From Spirochaetia bacterium (GTDB taxonomy: Bacteria; Spirochaetota; Spirochaetia; DSM-2461): 64,000 nt of DNA. Numbering within the stretch: the stretch's first letter is position 1; every line of letters starts with the position of its first letter. A model generated the notes under the pieces. The model was not told the DNA's origin. It was given only the letters and a program-made list of their open reading frames with translations, and ran no database searches. This document shows, one piece after another, positions 35,028 through 46,057 of the stretch. The stretch lies in assembly GCA_963668315.1 (NCBI GenBank), contig OY764216.1:2816001-2880000 (forward strand), given 5' to 3'. The translations under genes were made by a program, and so were the position numbers.

Positions 35028-35498
35028 ATGGTCAAGAAAAGTCTTTTCCTGGCATTATACGCCGGACTAACCGTCTATCTCATCCTCAACCTTTTCTGGG
35101 GTACCCAGGGGGTGAACGCCCTGGCCGCCCTGAGAGCGGAGCGCGCCGTTCTTGAGGAGAACATGGATATTCTGACCGGCGAGAACAGGGATGTGCAGAT
35201 TCATCTTGATCAGCTGAAGAACGATCGCCAGTCCATAACCCTTCAGGCCAGGAAACTGGGCTATATCCGGGAAGGGGAGAAAATCATCTACACCGACCTG
35301 GGAAGCCCGGCTCAGAGCATCAGTTACGGCCTGCCCATTATCCGCACCGGAACAGATTACGTTGTGGGGGACAGAAGCGCCTTCTTCCGCGTCCTGGCCC
35401 TGGTGGTCGGTCTTTCCATGTTTCTCCTGGTCCTTATTCTTGAATGGGGCGAGAAGGGAATCCGGCGGGTCCCCCCTTCAGGAGCCGATCAGAGATAA
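35028..35498 (+). CDS. Septum formation initiator (FtsB/DivIC family) with a second C-terminal TM
   Basis: TM, FWGTQG, coiled coil, [14 protein letters not shown]. Confidence 0.8.
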   Translation: MVKKSLFLALYAGLTVYLILNLFWGTQGVNALAALRAERAVLEENMDILTGENRDVQIHLDQLKNDRQSITLQARKLGYIREGEKIIYTDLGSPAQSISYGLPIIRTGTDYVVGDRSAFFRVLALVVGLSMFLLVLILEWGEKGIRRVPPSGADQR

Positions 35499-36196
35499 TA
35501 CTCTTCGGGCAGCTGCCAGTTAATCGGGCCTTTCCCCTTTTCTTCAAGATAGTCGTTCGCCGCGGAAAAATGGCCGCAGCCGAAGAATCCCCGGTTGGCC
35601 GAAAGGGGCGAAGGGTGGGGCGATTCGAGGACGAGATGGCGCGATCGGTCTATGATGGCCCCTTTTTTCTGCGCATAGGAACCCCAGAGAAGAAAAACCG
35701 TATTCTCCGTCTCCCTGTTAATCACTTCAATAACCCTGTCGGTAAACCTTTCCCAGCCCTGCCCTCTGTGGGAGGCGGCCCGGTGGCATTCCACCGTGAG
35801 GACGGAGTTCAAAAGGAGGACGCCCTGTTCCGCCCAGGGGATAAGACAGCCGTGGCGCACGGGAGCGAAGCCCGTTTCGGCGGCCAGTTCCTTATAGATA
35901 TTCTTGAGGGAGGGGGGAACATCCACCCCGGGGCGTACGGAAAAGGAGAGGCCGTGAGCCTGTCCGGGGCCGTGATAGGGATCCTGACCGATAATGACCA
36001 GCTTCACCTTCTCCAGGGGAGTCGTATTGAGGGCGTTGAAATACTCGTCGCCGGGGGGGAATATCTGCTTTCCCTGCTGCTTTTCCCTTTGGAGGAAACG
36101 GCGCAGATCGGCCATATAGGGGGCGCTGAACTCCTCCTGCAAAGGAGTCAGCCATGAGGGATGAAGTTTGATCTTACGCTGTTCACTGTCTACCAT
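35489..36196 (-). CDS. ung: Uracil-DNA glycosylase (family 1)
   Basis: [40 protein letters not shown]. Confidence 0.97.
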   Translation of the reverse strand: MVDSEQRKIKLHPSWLTPLQEEFSAPYMADLRRFLQREKQQGKQIFPPGDEYFNALNTTPLEKVKLVIIGQDPYHGPGQAHGLSFSVRPGVDVPPSLKNIYKELAAETGFAPVRHGCLIPWAEQGVLLLNSVLTVECHRAASHRGQGWERFTDRVIEVINRETENTVFLLWGSYAQKKGAIIDRSRHLVLESPHPSPLSANRGFFGCGHFSAANDYLEEKGKGPINWQLPEEYYL

Positions 36197-36280
36197 GGAA
36201 ATATTATAGCCGGTACTGTCGCTTTTAACAATGTCCCAGGTCAGATTGAGAAAACGGTCTTCTCTGTGTTATTATGACCT

Positions 36281-37456
36281 ATGGGCTGCAACTGCGAAAT
36301 AAAGAAACGCCTCTCTCTCATGGCGCGGGAATTCCGGGGCGAACCGGTGTACCTCGATTATAATGCCACCACTCCCACCGACCCCGCGCTGCTGGGGGAT
36401 ATGGACCGTCTTCTGAGGCGCGAATGGGGAAACTCTTCCAGCCTTCACCTGAAGGGGGGGGAAGCCTATCTGAGGGAGACGGAGACCAGGCAGACCGCTT
36501 CCCGGCTGTTCGGAAAGGGGGAGGATACCTTCCAATTCTGTTCCTCCGGATGCGAGGGAATATCCGGATTGCTGGCCGGAACGGAGGCAAGAGACCGGAT
36601 ATTGATCACCACGGAAGCGGATCATTCCGTTCTGGTGCAGACCGCCGGAACCCAGTACAGGGAAAAACACCGGTTTATCCCGATCGACGGACAGGGCCGG
36701 ATCGACTCCCCATGGCTTGAGGGCCTTCTGGAAAAGGAGGGGCCGGCCTGTCTTTTCTATTCTCCCGTCAACCACGAAACCGGCGCCAGGCAGAACTGCA
36801 AAGCCCTGTATGAAGCGGCGCAGCGCCGCGGGGCCCTTGTTTTCATCGATGCGGTTCAGGCGGCGTACCGCCTCAGACCGGAAGAGTGGGCCCCCTATTG
36901 CCACGGCTTTGTGATCTCGGGGCATAAATTTCATGTGCCCAAGGGAATCGCCATGGTCCATGTCCGCGAGGATATTGAAATTTTCCCTTTCCGGATGGGC
37001 GGCGGGAACGGCTCCTCCCTCTTTCCCGGAACGGCCAATACTCCGGGAATAGCCCTGCTCGGCAAGGGACTTGAACTACTGGACAGGGACAGGACGGTAA
37101 ACGAAAGGATCCTGGAAAATCTGACAAGGGAAGGGGAGTCCATTCTCGCCGGATGCCGGACGGAAATAATCAGAGAGTCCCCGTCGGACAGCGTTCCCGG
37201 GATTCTCTGTTTTTCCCTTCCCGAACTGAGGGATTGGGAAAAATTCTTCCTCCATTTAGGTGAGAGGCGTATCTGTCTTAGCCGTTTTTCCGCCTGTACG
37301 GGGAAAGTGGAGGGGGAATCGGCCGTTCTGAACGCCATGGGTGTTCCTTCGGCCCGGTCATCCCGGTCTTTGCGGGTTTCATTCGGACGTTTTTCCAAGA
37401 GACAGGATTTCTTTGCCCTGAAGGAGGCCATAGACAGTTATGTACAAAATTCTTAA
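36281..37456 (+). CDS. Cysteine desulfurase-like class V aminotransferase (NifS/IscS family)
   Basis: YLDYNATTP, WGNSSSLH, VNHETG, DAVQA, SGHKFHVPKG, GTANTPG, SRFSAC, SLRVSFGR. Confidence 0.85.
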   Translation: MGCNCEIKKRLSLMAREFRGEPVYLDYNATTPTDPALLGDMDRLLRREWGNSSSLHLKGGEAYLRETETRQTASRLFGKGEDTFQFCSSGCEGISGLLAGTEARDRILITTEADHSVLVQTAGTQYREKHRFIPIDGQGRIDSPWLEGLLEKEGPACLFYSPVNHETGARQNCKALYEAAQRRGALVFIDAVQAAYRLRPEEWAPYCHGFVISGHKFHVPKGIAMVHVREDIEIFPFRMGGGNGSSLFPGTANTPGIALLGKGLELLDRDRTVNERILENLTREGESILAGCRTEIIRESPSDSVPGILCFSLPELRDWEKFFLHLGERRICLSRFSACTGKVEGESAVLNAMGVPSARSSRSLRVSFGRFSKRQDFFALKEAIDSYVQNS

Positions 37457-37537
37457 ACGCCGCTTCGGATGGGATAATTTCTGGGAAAATCAGGAAAATA
37501 TACAATATTAATATATTAAGGTTGGTTATTGTAGTAC

Positions 37538-39352
37538 GTGAGTAATACATCTTTAAAAAAAGCAAGAATGATCCTCTCATCTGTTTTTGGTTATAGCAAG
37601 TTCAGAGACAACCAAGAAGAGATTATTTCAGCCATATTAAATGGGAACGATGTCTTCACTTCCATGCCCACGGGCGGAGGAAAAAGTTTATGTTATCAAA
37701 TCCCCGGACTCGTATTTGATGGACTTACTATTATCATAAGTCCACTAATCGCCCTCATGAAGGATCAAGTGGATGATGCTGTTTCAAAGGGGATTCCCGC
37801 GGCATTCCTGAATAGTACTTTGAAGGCTGAGGAGGTCTCCGATATATATTCACGTCTCTACAAGAGAGAAATAAAGCTTCTTTATATTTCTCCTGAGCGG
37901 CTGGCCGTCGAAGGTTATATGGACAGGCTCGCTGAGCTGAATATCAGTTTCTTTTCGATCGATGAGGCCCATTGTTTATCCGAATGGGGGCATGATTTCA
38001 GACCGGATTATTTAATCCTTTCCCGTATCAGGGAGAAGTTTCCCCATGTCCCCATCGCTGCTTTCACTGCTACTGCTACAGAGAAGGTTCAGAGTGATAT
38101 TATACGTATCCTGAAATTGGATGATCCCTTTACCGTTAGGGCATCATTTAATCGAAAGGAGCTATCATACAATATAAAACCCAAGAAAGATATTTTGATT
38201 CAGATTTCAACCTACATAAAAGATCATCCGAATGATGCCGGAATCGTATATCGCTTAAGTAGAAAGGATGTGGATAAGACGACAGAGTATTTAAGGAATA
38301 AGGGTATAAACGCTCTGCCCTATCATGCCGGTATGAATAAAGATCAGAGATCATTAAATCAAGAGTTGTTTAATAATGATGATGTCCAGGTGATCGTTTC
38401 GACCAATGCATTCGGCATGGGTGTTGATAAGAGCAACGTCAGGTTTATCATACATGGTGACCTCCCTAAGAGTATGGAGGCTTATTATCAGGAAACAGGT
38501 AGGGCAGGAAGAGATGGTATGGATTCCGAATGTCTTCTTTTTTTCAGTTCTGGCGATATAGTCCGTCAGAAGTATTTCATAGATCAACTTGAAAGCCAGG
38601 AAGAGCAGAGAAATAGTCTTGATAACCTGAATAAACTAGTTCGCCTTTGCACGGTAAATGTCTGTAGGAGAAAACAAATCCTTTCTCACTTTGGAGAGGA
38701 GTTAGAAGAGAACTGTGGCAGTTGTGATGTATGTACTGACACAACTGAAAAAGTTGAGGCCACTGTAGATGCGCAGAAAGTCCTTTCTGCCATGGCAAGA
38801 ACAGGAGAAGGATTCGGCATTTCCCATATCATAGATATTGTCTCTGGAGCCGATACGGCCAAAATACGGGAAAAAGGGCATGAGAGCTTAAAAACTTATG
38901 GAGTCGGAAAGGACAAAAGTAAGAAATGGTGGCGGGGAATTGTGGATGAATTAATTGGTCAGCAGATGATCTATCAGGATAGTGAGAGATACAACATCTT
39001 GAAAATGAATGAATCCGGAAAAAGAATCCTATTTGGAGAGGAGTCCTTTTTTATCAGTGATACTACGGCATCGCAAGAAACTAAAAATAAGACGAACTCT
39101 CTTATTCAACGGACATTAGCGCCGGCAGATGAAAATCTCTTATCGAAGTTAAAGGAGATAAGGAAAGAATTGGCCAGAAAAAGAAGAGTTCCGCCATATG
39201 TGATTTTCTCTGATAAGACACTTGCTGAAATGTCTCGTATGAAACCGGAAACAGGTTCCGAAATGCTTGAAGTCTCTGGAGTAGGGGAGAAGAAACTGGA
39301 AGTTTATGGGGAAATATTTCTATCTGAGATTAGGAATTATATTGCTGATTAA
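37538..39352 (+). CDS. recQ: ATP-dependent DNA helicase RecQ
   Basis: MPTGGGKSLCYQ, DEAHCLSEWGHDFRP, YYQETGRAGRDG, Zn-binding CRR..CGSCDVC, RQC and HRDC (VPPYVIFSDKTL). Confidence 0.96.
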   Translation: MSNTSLKKARMILSSVFGYSKFRDNQEEIISAILNGNDVFTSMPTGGGKSLCYQIPGLVFDGLTIIISPLIALMKDQVDDAVSKGIPAAFLNSTLKAEEVSDIYSRLYKREIKLLYISPERLAVEGYMDRLAELNISFFSIDEAHCLSEWGHDFRPDYLILSRIREKFPHVPIAAFTATATEKVQSDIIRILKLDDPFTVRASFNRKELSYNIKPKKDILIQISTYIKDHPNDAGIVYRLSRKDVDKTTEYLRNKGINALPYHAGMNKDQRSLNQELFNNDDVQVIVSTNAFGMGVDKSNVRFIIHGDLPKSMEAYYQETGRAGRDGMDSECLLFFSSGDIVRQKYFIDQLESQEEQRNSLDNLNKLVRLCTVNVCRRKQILSHFGEELEENCGSCDVCTDTTEKVEATVDAQKVLSAMARTGEGFGISHIIDIVSGADTAKIREKGHESLKTYGVGKDKSKKWWRGIVDELIGQQMIYQDSERYNILKMNESGKRILFGEESFFISDTTASQETKNKTNSLIQRTLAPADENLLSKLKEIRKELARKRRVPPYVIFSDKTLAEMSRMKPETGSEMLEVSGVGEKKLEVYGEIFLSEIRNYIAD

Positions 39353-39440
39353 GTCTATTGAAGCAATGGGTTATACTTGATCAGGAGCTCTATAAGCCCG
39401 ATATGATTGTATTTTGTAGGAAATAGATAATAAAAGAAGT

Positions 39441-40229
39441 ATGGATATAGAAAAATATTTAGAATTATTGAATATCTCCAGTATTCAAGGTGATAGACTG
39501 GATTTACTAAAGACGATACATCGGAATCATCTGCAACGGATTCCCTTTGAAAATTTTGACATGCATATGTATGGGAAACTTGATTTGGCTCTTGATAAAT
39601 TATATGAGAAAATTGTAATTAGGCGTAGGGGGGGAATCTGCTATGAGCTGAATTATCTGCTGTATAATTTACTAAAAGAACTAGGTTATGATGTTATACT
39701 CCTATCTGGAAGTGTATTGGATGAAGGGGATTCTGAGTTCGATCATCTCTTTTTGTTGGTTACCCTTGAATCAGTCAGATATCTAGTTGATGTCGGATTC
39801 GGGGATAATTTTTTCGAACCAATATTGTTTGACTGCCATGCTGTTCAACAAGATGTGAAGGGCTATTTTAGAATAAAAAAAGTTTCCGATGATACATATA
39901 GATTGGAGCACAAGACAGATAACGAATATGTTTGCGCTTATACATTCCGTTTAGTTACGAGATATGTTAAGGAATTCGAGGAAAGAATGAATTGGTTTTG
40001 TCACTCCGAAGGATCAATATTTGCAAAAAGACTGTTTTGTTCTATCGAAAATCCAAAGGGAAGAATCTCAATAAGACCGGGCCGAATAACTATAACTGCC
40101 AATGGAAATAAAGAAGAGTTTGATATTCGGGATTTTGTTGAATTTAAGCATTTACTGGCGGATAAATTCAAACTTGAGTTTTTAGATGAAGATCCGTTAT
40201 TACAAGAGATATACAATAAGCAAGGATAA
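39441..40229 (+). CDS. Arylamine N-acetyltransferase
   Basis: IPFENFD, RRGGICYELN, DHLFLLV, YLVDVGFG (Cys-His-Asp triad). Confidence 0.92.
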   Translation: MDIEKYLELLNISSIQGDRLDLLKTIHRNHLQRIPFENFDMHMYGKLDLALDKLYEKIVIRRRGGICYELNYLLYNLLKELGYDVILLSGSVLDEGDSEFDHLFLLVTLESVRYLVDVGFGDNFFEPILFDCHAVQQDVKGYFRIKKVSDDTYRLEHKTDNEYVCAYTFRLVTRYVKEFEERMNWFCHSEGSIFAKRLFCSIENPKGRISIRPGRITITANGNKEEFDIRDFVEFKHLLADKFKLEFLDEDPLLQEIYNKQG

Positions 40230-40439
40230 CGATAATTTGCTCTTTTTTATCGGATTAGTAGCTAACTTTCTATCAAGAAATAAAATGGATTAATATTTAT
40301 ATAGGACAAAGCTATTATATAAAAATCGTTCCCAAAAAAACGGAAAAAACATTGGTTTTTTCCGATGTAATGGTCGTTAATTTCTAGAACTAGTCTCCGA
40401 ATCTCTTTCGGATACTGAAAATGCAAAAAAAAATATTAA

Positions 40440-42410
40440 ATGAAGGAAGAAGGAGAAAATTCCTTGAAACTCAAAACAAAATTTATCTTACCCCTAACCG
40501 CGCTTTCCTGCGTTGCCATGCTGAGTGTGTCTACACTGCTGTACCAGTCGGCAAAACATGAAATTGAGAGCTCCGTCATCGGTCAGATGGAACAGATGGC
40601 CGATGCTCTTGTCAGAAGTGTGGATGACTACCATGAGTCGCTGCTTGCCGATGTCAGACTGTTCGCCCAGTCCCCCTATTATGAAAGTCTTTTATTGACC
40701 GGATCCGGGGAGGATGTCAATATCGTCAATAGCCAGCTCAAGGATTTCCTCGATCTGAAAGAGGGATATGAGAATATTGCTCTGGTGGATTTATCAGGAA
40801 CTGTCGTAGCCTGCAGTAATGAAGCGGCCATAGGAGCCAATGTCTCCTCCCGGGATTACTTCAAGGATGCGATAAAGGGGAACATCTCATTGGGAACTTC
40901 GGTCTTGAGCAGTGTGACGGGCAATTCGACCAACACATCCGCCTGTCCTCTATATAAAGGAAAAGAGATTATCGGTGTTGTCATAGCTGTCTCCGATCTG
41001 CTGCATTTCACCGGAAAATTCTTTGATCCCGTATCCATCGGGGAGCATGGTTACGTCTATATGATGGATCAGAACGGAGATATGGTTTCCCATCCCAATA
41101 AGGAGCTTCTGCTGACCGCCGAGGCGAACGGTCACAATACGGATCAGGGACGGTATGTGCTCAATGAACGAAATGGCGTGCATGTCTACACCTACGGGGG
41201 CATCGAAAAGACCATGGCATTCCGCCAGACCGCGATTCAAGGCTGGTTTGTCATAACGAGCGCCGAGAACGCGGAACTCTATGCGGGAGTACAGAAAGTG
41301 CTGAGGGTGGTTATTATCCTGATTCTCATCGCCCTCACGGTGATGATCTCCACCATATGGTTTCTGGTCTCCAGTCTGGCTAATGTGGTGAAAGCTGCTG
41401 CGGAAAGTGCTGAAAAAATCGCCGAAGGAGACCTTACGGCTACTCCTGAGCAGAAGCATCTTATGAGAAAAGACGAGCTGGGAATATTATCCCGGGCGTT
41501 TGAACACATGATTCTCAAGCTCAGAGAGATCGTGAGAGATGTTAATTCTTCCGCCCATAACGTCTCCCAGGGAAGCAATCAGCTGTCCGCCACGGCGGGT
41601 CAGCTGTCACGGGGAGCAACGGAGCAGGCATCCATATCAGAAGAGGTTTCCTCTTCCATGGAGGAGATGGGATCCGCCATTCAGCAGAACGCCGATAACG
41701 CCGTTCAGACCGGTAAGATCGCCTCCCAGGTTTCTGTGGATATTGAAGAGGGTGGACAGGCTGTCAATGAGACGGTTGAGGCGATGAGAGAGATTGCCGA
41801 AAAAGTCAAACTTATCGATGATATTTCAAGGAATACCAACATGCTTTCCTTGAATGCTTCCATTGAAGCGGCCCGGGCCGGCGAGCATGGCAAAGGTTTC
41901 GCCGTCGTAGCAACGGAAGTCGGTAAGCTGGCGGCCAACAGCCAGAAGGCGGCTCTGGAAATTTTTGAATTGGCCAGTTCAAGTGTAGCCAAGGCGGAGA
42001 AGGCAGGGGAGCTGATTTCGAAGATTATTCCCGATATTCAGAAAACCGCCGAGCTTGTTCAGGAAATCTCCGCTTCCAGTGTCGAACAGAACAGCGGGGC
42101 AGCTCAGGTAAATCAGGTCATGATACAGCTTGATGAGGTCATCCAGAGCAACAGCGCCTCGGCGGAAGAATCTTCTGCCATGTCTGAAGAGTTATCTAGC
42201 CAGGCTACGATGCTCGTTGACGTCATCTCCTATTTCAAATTAAACGAGGAAGATATGAAAGGGAGAGACAGACTGTCCCGTGACAGAAAGAGTCCTGTCA
42301 GCGGGAAAACAGAGGAGAAGAGAAATCCCTCTTCTCCATCAAGGATCTATTCCCTCCCTCCTGGTCGTAACAGGGAAAGCCGTGATACCGACGGCTTTGA
42401 AGAGTTTTAA
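40440..42410 (+). CDS. Methyl-accepting chemotaxis protein (dCache + HAMP, short cytoplasmic domain, C-terminal pentapeptide)
   Basis: Two TM; dCache [46 protein letters not shown]; ends DGFEEF. True start may be TTG 40464. Confidence 0.95.
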   Translation: MKEEGENSLKLKTKFILPLTALSCVAMLSVSTLLYQSAKHEIESSVIGQMEQMADALVRSVDDYHESLLADVRLFAQSPYYESLLLTGSGEDVNIVNSQLKDFLDLKEGYENIALVDLSGTVVACSNEAAIGANVSSRDYFKDAIKGNISLGTSVLSSVTGNSTNTSACPLYKGKEIIGVVIAVSDLLHFTGKFFDPVSIGEHGYVYMMDQNGDMVSHPNKELLLTAEANGHNTDQGRYVLNERNGVHVYTYGGIEKTMAFRQTAIQGWFVITSAENAELYAGVQKVLRVVIILILIALTVMISTIWFLVSSLANVVKAAAESAEKIAEGDLTATPEQKHLMRKDELGILSRAFEHMILKLREIVRDVNSSAHNVSQGSNQLSATAGQLSRGATEQASISEEVSSSMEEMGSAIQQNADNAVQTGKIASQVSVDIEEGGQAVNETVEAMREIAEKVKLIDDISRNTNMLSLNASIEAARAGEHGKGFAVVATEVGKLAANSQKAALEIFELASSSVAKAEKAGELISKIIPDIQKTAELVQEISASSVEQNSGAAQVNQVMIQLDEVIQSNSASAEESSAMSEELSSQATMLVDVISYFKLNEEDMKGRDRLSRDRKSPVSGKTEEKRNPSSPSRIYSLPPGRNRESRDTDGFEEF

Positions 42411-42471
42411 TCGGAACGGACTATCATTGGGGAAGATGGGGAACCATGAGGGAGCCTATCTTTCGACTAAT

Positions 42472-42915
42472 CTAAAAATGGTACCTTAATCCTATCCCGG
42501 CGTTGATTTCAAGATCGACGCCGGGATAGGCCATTACGGTCGGAGCGATTTCTCCGAAAAGTTCAAACCCCGTTGACATCCACCATTGAATCCCCAAGGG
42601 GACTCTGGCGCCCATGTAGAAAGTATGGGAATTGTCATTACTCAGGCCGGTTTTCATTCCTGCCTCTACACCTACCGCAAAATACCAGTCAAAGATTTCA
42701 GCGAAATGATCATTTATCAGCCACCAGTCTGTAATCAGGTCAAGGCGGTTGTCGTAACTGGATATCCCTGACAAACCGGCCGCAACAACGATGTTTTCCC
42801 TTTTCCAGGTTACTCCCGTAGGTTCCCCCAGGATTAAACCGATTCCCTGTTCTGCAGCCAGGGCGGAAGGAATCATCATAATTAGCATTACCGATTTGAT
42901 CATCCCGATTCTCAT
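42472..42915 (-). CDS. Small outer-membrane beta-barrel (DUF3996/BAPKO_0422-like)
   Basis: Signal peptide; GIGLILGEPTG, GARVPLGI, ELFGEIAP, GIGLRYHF. Confidence 0.75.
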   Translation of the reverse strand: MRIGMIKSVMLIMMIPSALAAEQGIGLILGEPTGVTWKRENIVVAAGLSGISSYDNRLDLITDWWLINDHFAEIFDWYFAVGVEAGMKTGLSNDNSHTFYMGARVPLGIQWWMSTGFELFGEIAPTVMAYPGVDLEINAGIGLRYHF

Positions 42916-43361
42916 GCCCGTTCCTCCCTTGGAATGTTATCATAATATAAATTATAATCGATGAAAGGGGAGAATGAAAGAATAAGGTTTTCTCACCATA
43001 TATTCCCTGGGAAGGGGCGTATAAAATCTTCATAATTTTCCCGGCGGTGTAATAAAAATAGAAAAAAGGCGGTTGAGATTATTTTATGGAAAAGCACTTT
43101 TATATGATCTGATCCGGGTTATGTGAGTATAAAATATTTGCATTAAAGGAAATAATATATTTTATGGTTGTCCGTTATATGACGGGGTATTAATAAATAG
43201 TGAAAATATTTGTTGTATATCTATACACACTTATGCTGTTTAATTATACTGAAAAAAAATTAAATAAAAACACTTTGATTCCGGGTGTCCCCAGATGATG
43301 AGGCCCTTTCCGGTTTTGAAAAAGATGTAAAATCCAAATTGTTTTTTAGGAGAAAGTTTCA

Positions 43362-44774
43362 ATGTCTAGTAGCAAAAAAAAGCTGGGTATTCCCAACGTC
43401 TATGTCATACTTTTCATGATGGTATTGCTGGCCGTTGTACTGACCTGGATCATTCCTGCCGGTCAGTTTGAAAGAGTGAAAATGGGGGGCCGAAACGTGG
43501 TTGTTCCCGACTCTTTTCAATTCGTTGAGAGAAATCCTCAGGGTCCATGGGCTCTTTTTCATTCCATTACTCTCGGATTTCAGGGATCCGCCTCGCTGAT
43601 CTTCATGATTTTCTTTGCCGGTGCGGCCATTCATATGCTGCAGGTCAGCGGCGCCATTGAAGTAAGCTTCAAAAAGCTGGCCAATCAGGTTCAGGGAAAA
43701 GAGTGGATCGCTATTTTTCTCGTTATGGCGGTTCTCTCCCTGGGAGGTGCTACGGGAGCCATAAGCAATGCCACCCTGGCCATGGTCCCCATAGGTATTC
43801 TACTGGCCCAGTCCATGGGTTTTGACAAGGCATTGGGTTTTGCGATTGTCTTCTTCGGTATGTTCTCCGGTTTCAATGTAGGATGGGCCAATGCCGGGAC
43901 CATCGGAATTGCCCAGGACATTGCGGAAATTCCCATGTTTTCCGGTATGAACGTCCGTGTCTATATCCATATCATCAACTTCGCTCTCTGCTATTTCTTT
44001 GTCCTCCGTTATGCCGGAGCCATTAAGAAAGACCATACAAAGAGCTTGAACTATGAAGAGGGAATGACCGTCAGCGAGGTTTTCTCTCCTGTGGAAGAGG
44101 GCACCCATACTGACGCCACCAGCCTTACCTGGAAACAGACCGTCAGTCTGATCGCCATTTTCATCAGTTTCGCCTTTGTTATTATCGGTGTTCTGAACTG
44201 GAAGTGGGGAGTTTCCCAGTACTCTACCGTTTTCCTGATCCTTTCTGTCTTTGTCGGACTGATCAACGGATTCGGGGTGAACGGCACGGCGAAGGAATTT
44301 ATCAAGGGATGCCAGCAGATGGTTTTTGCCGCCTTTATCGTAGGCCTTGCGCGGGGCATCACCATCGTTATGTCCAACGGCCTTATTCTGGATACGATCG
44401 TCAACTCCCTGTCTGTTCCTATTAAACATTTCGGTCCCGTTTTCGGCGCCAATATGATGTATCTCTCCAATATCATTATCAACCTGTTTATCTCCTCCGG
44501 TTCCGGACAGGCCACTTCGGTCATGCCCATCATGGTCCCTCTGGCTGATATCACCGGTATCACCCGCCAGGTTGCTGTTCAGGCCTATCAGTTCGGAGAC
44601 GGTTTCACCAACATCATTGTACCCACCGTGGGAACTCTCATGGGCGGACTGGGGTTCGCCAAGGTCTCCTATACCAAATATTTCAAATGGGTCTGGCCCC
44701 TTCTCGTCATGCAGCTGGCCATCGGCTTTGTGGCCATAACCATCCTGCAGACAATCGGCTGGACGGGAGTGTAA
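43362..44774 (+). CDS. YfcC family (DcuC/AbgT-like) transporter
   Basis: LTWIIPAGQF, FISSGSGQA, MPIMVPLAD, AYQFGDGFTN. Confidence 0.9.
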   Translation: MSSSKKKLGIPNVYVILFMMVLLAVVLTWIIPAGQFERVKMGGRNVVVPDSFQFVERNPQGPWALFHSITLGFQGSASLIFMIFFAGAAIHMLQVSGAIEVSFKKLANQVQGKEWIAIFLVMAVLSLGGATGAISNATLAMVPIGILLAQSMGFDKALGFAIVFFGMFSGFNVGWANAGTIGIAQDIAEIPMFSGMNVRVYIHIINFALCYFFVLRYAGAIKKDHTKSLNYEEGMTVSEVFSPVEEGTHTDATSLTWKQTVSLIAIFISFAFVIIGVLNWKWGVSQYSTVFLILSVFVGLINGFGVNGTAKEFIKGCQQMVFAAFIVGLARGITIVMSNGLILDTIVNSLSVPIKHFGPVFGANMMYLSNIIINLFISSGSGQATSVMPIMVPLADITGITRQVAVQAYQFGDGFTNIIVPTVGTLMGGLGFAKVSYTKYFKWVWPLLVMQLAIGFVAITILQTIGWTGV

Positions 44775-44863
44775 AACCTCTTCGCTGAATCATGTTTCCG
44801 CCGGTTTCGCGAGCTCTCTCCGTTGCTCCCTGGACCGGCGTAATTTTTATGAGGGAAAAAAGA

Positions 44864-46054
44864 ATGATAGATATAAAAAAGGAAGTGGAGAAGGTTGAGG
44901 CCGATACTGTCAAAACCTGGAAGCATCTCCACAGAAATCCCGAATTAAGCGGGAAAGAGTTTCAGACATCGGCCTATGTCGAGAAAATCCTGCGGGAGGA
45001 GACTAGCGTTGACCGCATCTACAAGGTGGGAGAAACGGGTCTTCTTGTCGAGATTATCGGAAAAATCCCCGGAGAAGGGAAAGCCATGCTGCTCCGCGGA
45101 GATATGGACGCCCTCCCCGTTACCGAGGAAACGGGACTCCCCTATGCGTCGCAGAATCCCGGAGTGATGCATGCCTGCGGTCATGATGTGCATACATCCG
45201 TACTCCTGGGGACGGTTCGGGTATTGGATGGCATTAAGGATAAGTATTCCGGCAGGATCTTCTGCTTTTTCCAGCCCGCGGAGGAAACCCTCTCCGGTGC
45301 CAGGACCTTGCTGGAAGATTCTTCCCTTCCCTTTGACGAGATTCAGGGCGCCGTGGCGCTTCATGTCTCTCCCGAGATCCCCGCAGGTACCATCGGCATA
45401 AAACGGGGACCGATTCTGGCCGCTCCCGATCTCCTGGAAGTCACTATCCACGGCAGACAGGGACACGCCGCCCATCCCGATACGGTCCGTGATCCCATTA
45501 CCGCGGCGGCTCAGCTGATCATGTCCCTGCAGACTCTAGTATCCCGGGATACTTCCGCCACCGACTCTTCGGTCATTTCCTTCGGCACCATACAGGGCGG
45601 CGCTGTCAGCAATATTATCCCCGAAGAAGTCACTCTATCGGGAACGTTGAGGACATTGAATCCGGATACAAGAAAACTGATGCATCAGCGCATCAGCGAT
45701 GTCTGCGAAGGGGTATCCAAAACGACCCGAACGGAGATCACCTGCAGCATCAGTATGGGGCCGCCGCCGCTTATCTGCAGCGAAGAGTGGTTCGAACGGG
45801 TCTGTCGGGCCGGAACACAGCTCCTGGGCCCGGAGAATGTCATTATCATGGAACGCCCGTCCATGGGAGGGGAGGACTTTGCGTATATTATCGAGAAGAA
45901 ACCGGGGGCTTTCATCCGGCTGGGCAGCAGAACCCCCGGCGGCCCCTACGGTTCCATGCACTCTCCCACCTATTACAGTGATGAAAGCTGTTTGAAGACG
46001 GGGATGATCACCATGGTGGGCACGGTTCTGGATTTTCTGGGAACGGATGAGTAA
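44864..46054 (+). CDS. M20D family amidohydrolase
   Basis: LHRNPELS, LRGDMDALP, MHACGHDVH, FQPAEE, GEDF, MHSP; ATG 44864 with GAGGG RBS. Confidence 0.92.
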   Translation: MIDIKKEVEKVEADTVKTWKHLHRNPELSGKEFQTSAYVEKILREETSVDRIYKVGETGLLVEIIGKIPGEGKAMLLRGDMDALPVTEETGLPYASQNPGVMHACGHDVHTSVLLGTVRVLDGIKDKYSGRIFCFFQPAEETLSGARTLLEDSSLPFDEIQGAVALHVSPEIPAGTIGIKRGPILAAPDLLEVTIHGRQGHAAHPDTVRDPITAAAQLIMSLQTLVSRDTSATDSSVISFGTIQGGAVSNIIPEEVTLSGTLRTLNPDTRKLMHQRISDVCEGVSKTTRTEITCSISMGPPPLICSEEWFERVCRAGTQLLGPENVIIMERPSMGGEDFAYIIEKKPGAFIRLGSRTPGGPYGSMHSPTYYSDESCLKTGMITMVGTVLDFLGTDE

Positions 46055-46057
46055 CCC

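Noticed and set aside
40340..40370. sigma28 promoter for the MCP (TCCGATGT)
   Set aside because: No acceptable -35 element at the expected spacing
43280..43325. Hammerhead-like string TGATGAGGCC..GGTTTTGAAA in the yfcC leader
   Set aside because: Lacks the C of CUGANGA, stem II is misregistered, and no stems I/III were found
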